A DNA stretch of 64,000 bases from a virus, in the IMG/VR virus record IMGVR_UViG_3300008952_000015, positions 32,001 to 96,000 of that record; one strand, 5' to 3'. This document shows, in pieces, positions 29,759 to 39,796 of the stretch. Every line of letters starts with the position of its first letter. Within the stretch, counting starts at the first letter, position 1. Made by a program: the position numbers and the translations under genes. The notes under the pieces are model-generated. The model was given only the letters and a program-made list of their open reading frames with translations, searched no databases and had not been told where the DNA came from.

Positions 29759-30835
29759 TTACGAAGAGAGATAAATCTGCTTCAAATGCTCCCTAAAATC
29801 TTCATCACTCTGCCATTCCATAACAATCTTCTTGCTCTTCTGACCACCGAGAAGGGCGACCCAAGCTTGCGAAGCAACATCATTTGGAAGCATCATAAAG
29901 AAGTCTCTCAAATTAGCTCGTTCCTTAGTCTTAGTCTTAGTCAAGCTTCTTTCATTAACCTCTGCAACAACCGAGCGAGAAAGGGCTGCGATAACTTCAA
30001 TGTCATTACAGGCAGACTCTACCTTACTCTTAACCTTCTCAAAGTTGTCCAAGACATCACTTGGCCGAAGCTGAGAGAATTCATTGGTCAGAAACTTCTG
30101 AAACATTACAGCAATCTCTCGACCGACCCAACCCTTAGTAACCTGAGTAAGCATACCATCATCTGTGCGCTTATCTAGACCCATAAGCTGCAAGGTATCA
30201 GAAAAGGCAACCCAGCTTCTTCGGGAAGGATAAACTCTACCAGCCTCAAGGTTTCCTACTGGTGGGTCAAGGAGGTTTTGATTACGATTAATAAACTCTA
30301 CTACAGCCTCATGGACACTATTTTGTCTGGCCCAATCTAGCCACTCTTGAGTAGATGGATCAAAGTCGATGTGGAACCATCTATCATGCAAAGCAGGATC
30401 AAGCTCCACTACATCGTAGTCTTCATCAGAGTTTACCGCAGAGACAACTCGCCATCCATCTGGAAGCTTCTCTCCATCCAAGCGCCTATCTAAGCAAATC
30501 TCAAAGACTGCTTGAAGAACATCCTTTGAAGCTCGATTAAGCTCATCAAAGAATAGAATACCCTTTGAGTCCTGTGCTTTAGGCCACCATTCTTGCTTCA
30601 AGAAACGAAGCACATCCTTCTCAGTATCTTTGTGAGGCATACCTTTAATGTCACCCACTTCACACTGAGAGAGTCTTACATCATAAAAGCCGTATGACTC
30701 ACCTGTTTCTTCTGTTAACTCATCAGCAACCTGCTTGACGACTGAGGACTTCCCCACGCCATGCTTTGCGTGAAGCATCACAGATTTATCTTTCGGCATC
30801 CTCTTTAGGATTTCCTTCGTTTGTTCAATGTTCAT
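29759..30835 (-). CDS. MoxR-like AAA+ ATPase
   Basis: AKHGVGKS Walker A variant, LFFDELNRA Walker B, DPAL.DRW, SRRSW; adjacent to vWA. Confidence 0.88.
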   Translation of the reverse strand: MNIEQTKEILKRMPKDKSVMLHAKHGVGKSSVVKQVADELTEETGESYGFYDVRLSQCEVGDIKGMPHKDTEKDVLRFLKQEWWPKAQDSKGILFFDELNRASKDVLQAVFEICLDRRLDGEKLPDGWRVVSAVNSDEDYDVVELDPALHDRWFHIDFDPSTQEWLDWARQNSVHEAVVEFINRNQNLLDPPVGNLEAGRVYPSRRSWVAFSDTLQLMGLDKRTDDGMLTQVTKGWVGREIAVMFQKFLTNEFSQLRPSDVLDNFEKVKSKVESACNDIEVIAALSRSVVAEVNERSLTKTKTKERANLRDFFMMLPNDVASQAWVALLGGQKSKKIVMEWQSDEDFREHLKQIYLSS

Positions 30836-30885
30836 GCTTTCTCCTTTTCAGCAAGATTCGATAATGGGACACTTCCCACGGAGCT

Positions 30886-30909
30886 ATATAACTGATGTAG
30901 AAAATATTT
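30886..30909 (-). promoter_or_regulatory. Motif A, putative phage promoter
   Basis: + strand atataactgatgtagaaaatattt; one of five copies, each just upstream of a minus-strand gene. Confidence 0.7.
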
Positions 30910-30917
30910 CTACTTTT

Positions 30918-31277
30918 TTATTCTCCCTCTTCACCTGAGGGAGTATCTTCTTTTGGAAGGTCTGCTACGGCATCCCTGACCGAAGCCAGTCTTCCCTGAA
31001 ATGTCTTCAAAGAAGCTACCAAATCCCCTATAGACTCCGGTGAGTCTTGACCAAAAGCACCTCCATCAAATGCCTGTGAATCATAAGCTTGAGGATTAAG
31101 CAAAGATGAAAAGGTGCTTTTGATCGCCTCTAATCCATCCGAAGGCATAACCCCGTCCTCTCCTAATACAGAACCAGCAAAGCTTGTAGCGTCATTCAAT
31201 GTCTCTTCTATTGAAGAGAGCCTTGAACTAATATCCTCTAACTTGGATATAACCATTGTTTCAAAATCACTTGACAT
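30918..31277 (-). CDS. Hypothetical acidic protein
   Basis: ORF with AGGAG RBS. Confidence 0.7.
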   Translation of the reverse strand: MSSDFETMVISKLEDISSRLSSIEETLNDATSFAGSVLGEDGVMPSDGLEAIKSTFSSLLNPQAYDSQAFDGGAFGQDSPESIGDLVASLKTFQGRLASVRDAVADLPKEDTPSGEEGE

Positions 31278-31285
31278 GTTTTCTC

Positions 31286-32389
31286 CTATTTTTTTGTTCC
31301 AAAAGCGTGAGACTCATCCAACGCAGATGGCGTTAACCTTATAAACCTAGAGTTATTTCTTAGGTCATTTAAATTGTAAGAGTTAGTATAAGTCATAGCT
31401 GACCTTAACCCCCCACAAAACTCATCTAAAATATAGTAAGCCTTTCCCTTTAAAGGGATATGTGTCGAAACACCTTCTGCACAAGTTCCAGGCTTAAGCC
31501 CCTCTCTCCTCTCCTCTTGAACCTCTTTTGATGCCATTCCTCTATAAACCTTAACTCTTCTGCCATCTAAAGAAATAACTTCCCCAGGAGACTCTATTGT
31601 TCCTGCAAATATTCGTCCGGCAATAATAGCATCTGCACCAGCAGCTAAGCTCTTAACAAAATCTGCTGGATACCTTATTCCCCCATCTGCTATAATAGAC
31701 ACCTTCCCAAATGTAGCACTACTTTCTCTGGCTGAGAAGCAGTCTGCAACAGAAGCAAGAGTTGGAACTCCTATCCCTGTCATTATCCTTGTCTTACAAA
31801 TTGATCCACCACCTATGCCAACTCTAATGGCACTTGCACCGGCTTCAGCAAGCCTAAGGAATCCTTTGCCTGTAGCTACATTTCCGGCTATAATAGGAAT
31901 ATTCCCAGATGTTTCTCTTTCCACCCACCTTATCATGTCTAGCATGTAACTTGAGTCGCCATTAGCAACGTCAATAGCAACAGCAGAAAGAGAGTCTTTA
32001 AATCTTCCGTAAAGATAATTAAATCTTTTCTTTTCGGATCGTCCAACACCAATAGCAGGAACTACCTTGGCAAGTTTTGATCCGGTTATCTCTGCGTTTT
32101 TATTAAGAATGTCCTCTATAGACAAGGCCTGTTCTTCTTTCGACATAAACCTATGAAGAATTCCAAGACCTCCATTTGAACCCATAGCAAAAGCCATCGT
32201 TGAACCCGTCACAGTATCCATAGGAGAAGATATAATCGGTATATCCAGCTCTATATTCTCTGTTATAAAGGATCTGGTATCAGGTTCACTTCTAGATTTT
32301 AATTCCGAATAAGTAGGAACAATCATTACATCATCAAAAGAGGGAGGTTCGCCATCCTCCATCAAAACCTTCATCGTCTTTCCTATCAT
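31286..32389 (-). CDS. IMP dehydrogenase/GMP reductase family enzyme lacking CBS domains
   Basis: SSPMDTVT, GNVAT, VGIGGGSICKTR (catalytic Cys), IIADGG, YRGMAS, EGV. Confidence 0.9.
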   Translation of the reverse strand: MIGKTMKVLMEDGEPPSFDDVMIVPTYSELKSRSEPDTRSFITENIELDIPIISSPMDTVTGSTMAFAMGSNGGLGILHRFMSKEEQALSIEDILNKNAEITGSKLAKVVPAIGVGRSEKKRFNYLYGRFKDSLSAVAIDVANGDSSYMLDMIRWVERETSGNIPIIAGNVATGKGFLRLAEAGASAIRVGIGGGSICKTRIMTGIGVPTLASVADCFSARESSATFGKVSIIADGGIRYPADFVKSLAAGADAIIAGRIFAGTIESPGEVISLDGRRVKVYRGMASKEVQEERREGLKPGTCAEGVSTHIPLKGKAYYILDEFCGGLRSAMTYTNSYNLNDLRNNSRFIRLTPSALDESHAFGTKK

Positions 32390-32390
32390 C

Positions 32391-33065
32391 TTAACGGCTC
32401 CTCATATAATATGATTCAAAAGCTTGTGCAAAGGCCTCAGACGTTCCTGATACATGTGATGTAATACACATTCTATCCCACCAATAATGCGCTAATTCAT
32501 GAGCTAAAACTTGCTCATTCAAATAAGGGCTAACGTCTGTTAGCAGTATTGAAGAATTGTTCGCAATCTCAGGAGTGCTGTCATAATAGCCCCACAGGGT
32601 TCTTCCTTCAAGTTTAGCTACGCCAAACTTCCTTTTATAAAAACTACGAAACCTAGCATCATCTTGAAGGATATTTGCAGATACAACTACCACAATTAAA
32701 TTATACTTATATCCCCTACAATCCGAAAGCGTTATTCCTTTTTCCTTTAAAAAGAGATCCATAACATCAGAGGTTCTTTTCACCATACCCTCTACAAAGA
32801 GGGGCTTATGAGTTTTATAGACAGAGGGAATCGCCTTCCCTTCTCTCGCTTCATATAGGATAGTTAAATTAACTGACCTTTTCTTTGAAGCTATTTTCTT
32901 AGAAACAGTAGCTTCTGTTTCTACGTCCGAAATTAACGGTAACTTATAAGCCTTTTGCGCTGGCCCCTCTGCTCCGTTAGCATCACAACTTGCTGTTGTG
33001 AAAAGACTAAGAAGTAATACTGTTACGATCCTTTTGTAAAGTTTTCCTGTATTCATCGCCACCAT
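32391..33065 (-). CDS. Exported/lipoprotein-like protein with HExxH zincin motif
   Basis: Signal-like N-terminus ending TASC; AHELAH followed by a downstream E (SEAFA). Confidence 0.6.
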   Translation of the reverse strand: MVAMNTGKLYKRIVTVLLLSLFTTASCDANGAEGPAQKAYKLPLISDVETEATVSKKIASKKRSVNLTILYEAREGKAIPSVYKTHKPLFVEGMVKRTSDVMDLFLKEKGITLSDCRGYKYNLIVVVVSANILQDDARFRSFYKRKFGVAKLEGRTLWGYYDSTPEIANNSSILLTDVSPYLNEQVLAHELAHYWWDRMCITSHVSGTSEAFAQAFESYYMRSR

Positions 33066-33213
33066 CCCTATAGTGACCCAATATATCTACCTCTAGATTT
33101 GGGCTAAGTTTAAGCATTTCAACATGCTCATAGGGAATTTTGCTATGAATATATACAGCTTTCGTATCAAGATTGGTAACTTTAATCTTACAGAAGAAAT
33201 TATCTTTACTCAT
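33007..33213 (-). CDS. Hypothetical protein
   Basis: Short ORF in operon context. Confidence 0.55.
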   Translation of the reverse strand: MSKDNFFCKIKVTNLDTKAVYIHSKIPYEHVEMLKLSPNLEVDILGHYRDGGDEYRKTLQKDRNSITS

Positions 33214-33258
33214 AAGTGCCTCTTCTTTCTTTTAGAGAATCAATCTATGCTTTCAAAA

Positions 33259-34236
33259 TCACTCGCTATCGTCACCTTCGTCAATAAGACGGTTAAGCCT
33301 TTGTCCTAACCAATGGTGTCCTGATGCAGAAGGCAATAGCCAAGGCAAATTATCCCTAGACAAGCAGTCTATCAGGCTCTCTACAACTTTATAATCATCA
33401 CAGCCTACAAACAGCATAGCCCTAGCTTCTAGCTTGGCAACTCTTTCTTTGGCAAGTTCAACTTGGTCAGCTTCAGCTTCATTTTCCTGATTCTTCAATG
33501 ACCTCAGCCTTCTATCTGCTCTTTCCTTGTCCTCTCTTATGCCTTCGACAATAGTTCTCTTAAGTCTCTTGGGCGATGACTTTGCAATCTTTGCAACAAG
33601 TGAATCGGACAGAGCATCATTTGACATAGCTGCCCTAATTATACCTTGCTTCTTATCTACAGCGCCCTTCTCTCTTTTTACTTGGGACCAAAGGTAATCA
33701 AACAACTCTTCATCCTTAGATGAACTCAGAGCAACTCTTTCCCACAGGGAGAACAGGTCGCTATCATCTTCTATAAGAGAATACTTGTGAAGCTCGCTTA
33801 GATAATCAAAGCCCTTGTCTACAACAGGTGCGATTCTTGCTCGCAACTTATTCGTATCCACCTTGTCATCCACAGGTATATCAGAATAAAACTTGATTAA
33901 GAAGCTTTCGCAAAAAGTCTCTGACAAAGACTTTATTCTGTGGCCGTAACCAGATTTATCAACTGCGTTTATTGTTATACCTAAAAGATCACCCCGCTGA
34001 TCGGGAAAAGAATTCCAAATATAATCAAAGGTATCATCTTTAATGATAGCCTGAGCCTTCTGTGAATTCCAGTATGACCCAAAAGCCTCAACTGCATTTT
34101 CTATTGCGTAATTAAAGACAACTGATAGATACTCGTCTTTCAGAAAGTCATCCTTAAAAGTAGAGATTGATTCAACTGTATATGTATTTAGGTAATCAGA
34201 CATCGTTAACATCCTCCGTTGAGAGTCTTCCTTCAA
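33259..34236 (-). CDS. Alpha-helical HEAT-like family protein (paralog 1)
   Basis: C-terminal FVGCDDYKVVESLIDCLSRDNLPWLL resembles three other ORFs; start probably at about 34203-34212. Confidence 0.65.
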   Translation of the reverse strand: MKEDSQRRMLTMSDYLNTYTVESISTFKDDFLKDEYLSVVFNYAIENAVEAFGSYWNSQKAQAIIKDDTFDYIWNSFPDQRGDLLGITINAVDKSGYGHRIKSLSETFCESFLIKFYSDIPVDDKVDTNKLRARIAPVVDKGFDYLSELHKYSLIEDDSDLFSLWERVALSSSKDEELFDYLWSQVKREKGAVDKKQGIIRAAMSNDALSDSLVAKIAKSSPKRLKRTIVEGIREDKERADRRLRSLKNQENEAEADQVELAKERVAKLEARAMLFVGCDDYKVVESLIDCLSRDNLPWLLPSASGHHWLGQRLNRLIDEGDDSE

Positions 34237-34915
34237 GTTTTGAAGAGATCCACTTATTTTTCAAATTCCTATTTGCCAAAAGCATTGGTAAGTATTCAGA
34301 AGAAATTTTTGTAATTAACTCTGAAAATGGTCCTCTCGCTATTTCCTTGGTCATATCATTTAGCTTTTCATACCCAACGGGAGCCATTCTGACCCCCTCT
34401 TGTCTTATGTCTGCTATTTTGTCTGACAGCATCAAGTCTAAACACTCTACTGGCCCAAGCCTCTGAAAGACTGCCTTCCTAACCTTTGTAGACTTTGCAT
34501 CAACTATATCTCTAAGAGCCTCAATGCTACAGAACTGTGCGGCAATAAACTGAACCTCGCCCTCTTCATTTCTAGCAACATGATCAAGAACAGAAACATC
34601 CGAGTAAAGCCCTCGGCAAAGGACGAGTTCTTTCGCTCTATAGACAGTGGATTCTTTTAATATGCGATCTGACTTATCACTATGCTTAGAAAGTGCTGCC
34701 AAAAGAATCTTGTCTCCAACCCAAGAAGATAGCCCAACATCATTCACAAGCTTGTTATAAACTTTGTCTTCAAAGAATACTTCATCAAAAGTTTTCTCGT
34801 CTAACTCTGGAATATTATCCTGAATTATTTGATCTGCTTCTCTCCATCCTGCTTTATTTACGGCAGTAAGAAAGTTGGCGAATTTATTTATTCTCTCTTT
34901 TTTTGTCATTATCAT
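34196..34915 (-). CDS. HEAT-like repeat protein (paralog 2)
   Basis: Repeats of the type L..D....VR..(A/V)..RL. Confidence 0.7.
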   Translation of the reverse strand: MIMTKKERINKFANFLTAVNKAGWREADQIIQDNIPELDEKTFDEVFFEDKVYNKLVNDVGLSSWVGDKILLAALSKHSDKSDRILKESTVYRAKELVLCRGLYSDVSVLDHVARNEEGEVQFIAAQFCSIEALRDIVDAKSTKVRKAVFQRLGPVECLDLMLSDKIADIRQEGVRMAPVGYEKLNDMTKEIARGPFSELITKISSEYLPMLLANRNLKNKWISSKLEGRLSTEDVNDV

Positions 34916-35741
34916 CTCCTACAGCTAATTGTGACAAGTTCTCTATTCGGAATCCAGAAGCGTTCTTATGACCCCCACCTCCAAACTCTGCGGCAACCAA
35001 AGATACATCATCACCACCCTCTTTTGATCTCAAGGAAAACTTATAAGCCTCCCCGTCAAAATAATAAGCGGCAGCGTAATCAGCCGTTAGAGCTAACTCT
35101 GCTGCTATCTCTGATTGAAAAAATGGAATGTTTATAATAGGAATAGTCTTCCCCATTATATTCGCCTGATACGCGTTTCTCATTAATGACTTTATTAGAT
35201 TCTTTTTATATTGAAGAATCCCCTCTCCCATCGTCTTAACTCTTTTCCATCTAGCAGAATCCTCTGCATCTAAGTAACTGTGAAGCATATCCCAATTCTC
35301 AAATGTTCTTTCAAAAGAATCTACTGCTGACAAGATTTCTTCTGTAGAATCAAGGTCCCATTTCCACAAATCTCTATCTTCAACATACCTTATTAAGAGT
35401 GGCACGTTCTCTCCTGAGAAAAGATATTCCCACGCTAAAAAGGCACCCGAATGACTCATATCAAAGCTGCAAAACTCAAGATCACCACACTCTTCTTGGG
35501 AGGACTTATGATGATCTAGCACCACAAGACTGTTTGCATCAGCTTTCATCTGTATCATTATCGGCCTCTTATAACAGAAATCGGCCATAAATACATCGCA
35601 ATCATCAACATTAGGTGGTTCGGTTCCATGAGACACAGGGATATACTCTATAGAGCTTCCATACTTTCTCCAAAAAGCCCACGCTGCTCCAAACCCATCT
35701 GGACACCCTGCATGATATAGTAACACTGTTTTTCTTGACAT
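34884..35741 (-). CDS. DHH/DHHA1 phosphoesterase (NrnB-like)
   Basis: YH.GCPDG, DF, LDHH, SGA.LAW, DRDLW, SLRS...GGGGHKNASGF. Confidence 0.9.
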   Translation of the reverse strand: MSRKTVLLYHAGCPDGFGAAWAFWRKYGSSIEYIPVSHGTEPPNVDDCDVFMADFCYKRPIMIQMKADANSLVVLDHHKSSQEECGDLEFCSFDMSHSGAFLAWEYLFSGENVPLLIRYVEDRDLWKWDLDSTEEILSAVDSFERTFENWDMLHSYLDAEDSARWKRVKTMGEGILQYKKNLIKSLMRNAYQANIMGKTIPIINIPFFQSEIAAELALTADYAAAYYFDGEAYKFSLRSKEGGDDVSLVAAEFGGGGHKNASGFRIENLSQLAVGDDNDKKRENK

Positions 35742-36758
35742 TTAAATTCCTTCTGGAGAAGAGGAAAAAGTTATACTACGAATAAGGTCTGAACAATCTC
35801 TCACTGATCCGTGAATATAATGCTTCATTTCATCAATAGAGGTAAATGTATATAATGAATCTCTGTGATATGCTTTGTAGATACCAAGCTCTCTAAGTAC
35901 ATCACATTTACTTACTACCAAATCTGTAGTTCCAGTTACCTTAATAGCCTTGCAAAGATAGTCTAAGTTCAGCCAGTTAACCTTTCTTCTTCTCCCTGTT
36001 GTTACGCCATACTCCTGTCCTATACGGCCAATTTCACTTAACTCTGAATCATCAAGAAGAGAGGCCGGAAACATCGGATCTTCACCACTTCTTGTATCAT
36101 AAATCTTTGCTGCACCCCAAACCCTATCTATCTTTTGAGAAGGAAAGCCAATGCTACAAGCTCCATAAGGAAGCGTTGTTGACGATGTAACATAGGGATA
36201 ATTACCTTGATCTAAGTCAAGCCAAACACCTTGCGCTCCTTCACACAAAATGTTGCCACTTAACTCTCCCTTCCAAATCAGATTGTCCTCTAAAATATCT
36301 TCTGCCAAAACACCCGTTCTGCCAGCTTTAGCAGCATAACATGGAGCAATTCCCCTGCTAGTTGTGCCAAGCTTTTCTGCTAAGTTATCTTTATCAAATT
36401 GCAAAAACTCATCTTTAACTATGTGGCACTTTGGAGATACCTTGACCAAGGAGGTATCAAAGCCGCTCTTCTTTAAATACTCTAGCTCTTCATAAAAGGA
36501 TTCTGGATGAAGAACACATGCTGGTCCGACCAACGAAGGAATCCCATGAAAGACTCCAGATGGAACAAGGTGTGTCTTATACTTCTTTCCGCTAACATAC
36601 ACAGTATGTCCTGCATTGTTTCCACCCGCCCACCTTGCAACTAATGAGTAATAAGGCAACCCATCTGATCCCACTTGCGATGCAAGTTGACTGGTGATCT
36701 TTCCCTTCGCCTCGTCGCCCCATGCAAGTCCAACAACTACGTCTGCTTTATTTGTCAT
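35742..36758 (-). CDS. purA: Adenylosuccinate synthetase (short form)
   Basis: WGDEAKG, GGNNAGHT, HLVPSG, GTT.RGI, EGAQG..LDLD.G.YPYVTSS, EYGVTTGRRR. Confidence 0.93.
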   Translation of the reverse strand: MTNKADVVVGLAWGDEAKGKITSQLASQVGSDGLPYYSLVARWAGGNNAGHTVYVSGKKYKTHLVPSGVFHGIPSLVGPACVLHPESFYEELEYLKKSGFDTSLVKVSPKCHIVKDEFLQFDKDNLAEKLGTTSRGIAPCYAAKAGRTGVLAEDILEDNLIWKGELSGNILCEGAQGVWLDLDQGNYPYVTSSTTLPYGACSIGFPSQKIDRVWGAAKIYDTRSGEDPMFPASLLDDSELSEIGRIGQEYGVTTGRRRKVNWLNLDYLCKAIKVTGTTDLVVSKCDVLRELGIYKAYHRDSLYTFTSIDEMKHYIHGSVRDCSDLIRSITFSSSPEGI

Positions 36759-37374
36759 CTATCATCACCTTTTTAAGCTCTGGCTCCGCAAGAGAAATGG
36801 GAGCATGAATCTCTGATACCCTGATTTTACTTGGACGACGCAGAAAAGTAATACCCTCTTTATGAGCAGACACCGTTGCTGTAAATGAAATTATATTTCC
36901 AGCGGCGAAGTCATAGGCTTTAGAGGTTTTGAAATAAAACCTCCACCCTCTGTCATCCATACAGATTATTGCTGGCATAGGATACTCAGCATCATCCTTT
37001 GCGGCAACTATCTTTGCTATCACAAGGTCTTTGAACTCAATCCTATCGCCTTCGGCATAATCTGGTGGATCAAGAAGAATTGCTTTAGAGATTGAATCAA
37101 CCAACTTATTTATAGAAGCAATCCATTTATCTGTAAGAAAATGAGGAGTTTCTGATATGACTTTCAACGAAGACCTTAAAAAATCATTATTAGGATTTTC
37201 CTGAACCTTTACTGCCAAAAGACCAAAAGCCATAGGATTTATCTTTGAAAGCTTTTCTTCTCCAGCTTCAGATAAATCTTTACTACGGCTTTTAGAGCGT
37301 TTCTTAGAACGCTTTTTGCGAACCTTAGATCCGCTATTTGTATTGAATATATTAATCAAAACAATTCCTCGCAC
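36748..37374 (-). CDS. Hypothetical protein, basic N-terminus and possible C-terminal OB-like fold
   Basis: K/R/S-rich N-terminal segment; beta-rich C-terminus (FTATV..H....FLRRP). Confidence 0.6.
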   Translation of the reverse strand: MRGIVLINIFNTNSGSKVRKKRSKKRSKSRSKDLSEAGEEKLSKINPMAFGLLAVKVQENPNNDFLRSSLKVISETPHFLTDKWIASINKLVDSISKAILLDPPDYAEGDRIEFKDLVIAKIVAAKDDAEYPMPAIICMDDRGWRFYFKTSKAYDFAAGNIISFTATVSAHKEGITFLRRPSKIRVSEIHAPISLAEPELKKVMIDDK

Positions 37375-37386
37375 CTTCTCAACCAG

Positions 37387-37410
37387 ATATAACTGGTGGA
37401 GGAATTATTT
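37387..37410 (-). promoter_or_regulatory. Motif A copy
   Basis: atataactggtggaggaattattt upstream of the purA operon. Confidence 0.65.
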
Positions 37411-37462
37411 TAAATATTATCTATAGCTAACTTAATAGCTATCTTTTAACCAGAAGTCATTA

Positions 37463-39775
37463 CTAGCTTTGGGGCGTTTGCTTTCTTGTCGTAGGAGTCT
37501 CTTGCTCTGCCTTCTGTCTGGCTTTCCATTCTGCGTACTGAGCCTCATTCCTTTCAAGCTCTACGGCCCTCAGGCCTTCCAACGCTTTCGATGCTTCGTC
37601 TAAGTAGGCATACTCTTTCTCTCTTGAATCTCGGAAGGCTGATGCAAACCCAGTCTGAGCCTCTGTATCAGACTCTATTGCCTGACCATACATATTGAAC
37701 CAATACTTCCAAGCCTCTTTAGCTTCATCTGTTTTCTGCTGTTCTACAATCCAGTTTCCTTCGGCTTCTGTAAGGTTTGATGGGCCTCCACCGCCATTTT
37801 CGGCGCTCACTCTTCTTCTTAACTCTAGCTCGACTATCCCTACCTGCTTTCCATCTCGTGACTTCGCCATAAAAAATGCGTTTCCAAGCTTAAATTGACC
37901 CTGTGATCCATCCCCTCTTGATACAAAGACTGTTCCGAGAGGATACTGTCCATCGGGACCTCTGGTAGCGCCTTTGGTCGCAACAAAGAATTTATTTAAA
38001 TCCATAAAGATCTTTTTGGACCCTGCTTCTTCTGGCTTTGAAGCCTCATCTGGCGTCTTAGCACGCGCTCTATCAATAGCCGAAAAAGTAAGCTTATCGG
38101 CCAAAGCTCCATCCTTATTGTCCACTCTAAAGGCTTGTATTACTTGCTTTTTAAGCCCATCTCTCTTCATAATTTCTACTACATCATCTTTAGACTGCTG
38201 CGTTAGCTCTCCCTCTGGACCTCGCTTAAAGGTATCAATCCGGCCCCATCTAGAAAGCAATTTGGTTCTCTCTGCTGCGACAGTCCCATCAGGATCATTA
38301 AGATATAGGTACTCGGTCAATAGCTCATCAGTAGGGGGAAGAGTCGCCTGTCCCTCAGACTCAGCTGGCTTTACAACCTTACCTTCAGAGGCCAAGTATT
38401 CTTTGCTCCATGCGTCCCATGCTTTTATCATGTACGAGTTGTTCCATCTGCCTTTATCGTCTAACGTGCGTCCTCCCCAATTCGGGATTTCAACCTTAGA
38501 TGCACCCTCTTTTCCATGAGTCTTAACGGCCCATTGTCGAAACTTAGTTCCGGTCGCTTCATTGTGAATCTTGCCGCCGGAATGAGCCTTCATATCAACC
38601 TTCGGCTTACTAGAGGTAGGCTTCTTTGTAGTAGCAGTATCACCTGTAGCAGTATCACCTGTAGCAGTATCACCTGCGGGGGTAGCCGTTTGCTCTGCAA
38701 AAGCCTTTGCTTCAGCTTCAGAGTTAAACCTCTTCTTCTCGCCTGTTACGGCGTTATGACCAAACCACATGTTGCTGCTTCTCTGATCATCAGGGCCTGT
38801 TCCTTCTCGCCAGTAATTGGCACTTTGTGTGGCGCTTGGCCTTCCCTTTGCACGGTCAGCAATCGCTGGTTCAGTATTGCCTGTAGCATACTTAGCTATC
38901 GGAGAAGTTCCTCTTGATGCACTCTTCCATATTCCGTCATCAGACTTGTATCCATAGTAGGTAAACATAGCTTTTGTGGCCGGATCAGACCATGAGCAAT
39001 TCTGGTCAGTGAAACATGAAGGGACGTTGTCGCAATCCCAGTCAGTAGGACATTTGCTTACATAGTATTCAACTCTATCAGGAAGTCTGTCAGTGGCGGG
39101 TTGTCGTTGTCTAAAGATATATGTTTTATTGTCAGACCAATCAAAATCGCCCTCTTCCTTTTGTCGGATTCTTTCTTGTTTCTTTGAATGTCCAGCCTTC
39201 TCTGCGTCATGTGCATTTTTCCACGCAGTAAAGAGATCAGAGTTTCGTTCCTTGATAAGCCACCAAGCAAGGGGTTGTTTGACCATGTAAGATTCTAATG
39301 AACCTTGGTGTCTTCTAAGAACAGGAACTATAGACTTGTAACTCCCAGTTTCACCAGGAGGCAGCTTCGGCAGTTCACTTCTATCCAACATGGCGTTTAA
39401 GGCCTCATCATAGGCTGCTTCTTTATCCTTAGGTGAAAAGTCTTTCCAGTTTGCTTGAGCGCCACGCAGCGTATTAAAAGCGTTCGTATAAACTTTTTTC
39501 ATCCAGTTAAAAGTATTCAGGACACCCGCTTTATCGGAGGACAGCCCGTGTTCGCTGTCGGAGTAAATATCATAATCTGCCCAAATATTCTTAACGAAAT
39601 CCTGATAGGCGGCATCACAGAGTTCGTAAAATTGCCTAATCAAAGCATTGTTTTGTGCCGTTAACCTAGCTGACTTAACGAGCCTCAATGCACTTACAGT
39701 CTCCGCTTGTTTTGTATGCCCTCGTTGTTCCAAGGCTTTCGCCAGTCTTCCTAATTCTCTTTGTTCTATATTCAT
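37463..39775 (-). CDS. Hypothetical multidomain protein with N-terminal shared leader motif
   Basis: 770 aa; begins ELGRLAKALEQRGHTKQAETVSALRLVKSA; low-complexity linkers. Confidence 0.8.
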   Translation of the reverse strand: MNIEQRELGRLAKALEQRGHTKQAETVSALRLVKSARLTAQNNALIRQFYELCDAAYQDFVKNIWADYDIYSDSEHGLSSDKAGVLNTFNWMKKVYTNAFNTLRGAQANWKDFSPKDKEAAYDEALNAMLDRSELPKLPPGETGSYKSIVPVLRRHQGSLESYMVKQPLAWWLIKERNSDLFTAWKNAHDAEKAGHSKKQERIRQKEEGDFDWSDNKTYIFRQRQPATDRLPDRVEYYVSKCPTDWDCDNVPSCFTDQNCSWSDPATKAMFTYYGYKSDDGIWKSASRGTSPIAKYATGNTEPAIADRAKGRPSATQSANYWREGTGPDDQRSSNMWFGHNAVTGEKKRFNSEAEAKAFAEQTATPAGDTATGDTATGDTATTKKPTSSKPKVDMKAHSGGKIHNEATGTKFRQWAVKTHGKEGASKVEIPNWGGRTLDDKGRWNNSYMIKAWDAWSKEYLASEGKVVKPAESEGQATLPPTDELLTEYLYLNDPDGTVAAERTKLLSRWGRIDTFKRGPEGELTQQSKDDVVEIMKRDGLKKQVIQAFRVDNKDGALADKLTFSAIDRARAKTPDEASKPEEAGSKKIFMDLNKFFVATKGATRGPDGQYPLGTVFVSRGDGSQGQFKLGNAFFMAKSRDGKQVGIVELELRRRVSAENGGGGPSNLTEAEGNWIVEQQKTDEAKEAWKYWFNMYGQAIESDTEAQTGFASAFRDSREKEYAYLDEASKALEGLRAVELERNEAQYAEWKARQKAEQETPTTRKQTPQS
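38631..38675. repeat. 15-bp tandem repeat x3 (GDTAT linker)
   Basis: gtagcagtatcacct x3, in frame. Confidence 0.9.
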
Positions 39776-39796
39776 TATAACCCCTAAGTCCTTTTT

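Noticed and set aside
35742-36758. PurZ (2-aminoadenine, Z-genome) synthetase
   Set aside because: The N-terminal motif is GDEAKG with the PurA catalytic Asp, not the Ser of PurZ (GSTGKG-type); no DatZ or MazZ partner was recognised in the window.
18341-38675. Short tandem repeats (27 bp x2, 15 bp x3) as CRISPR, DGR or contingency loci
   Set aside because: They are in-frame linker duplications with no spacers, no reverse transcriptase and no adenine-specific variation.
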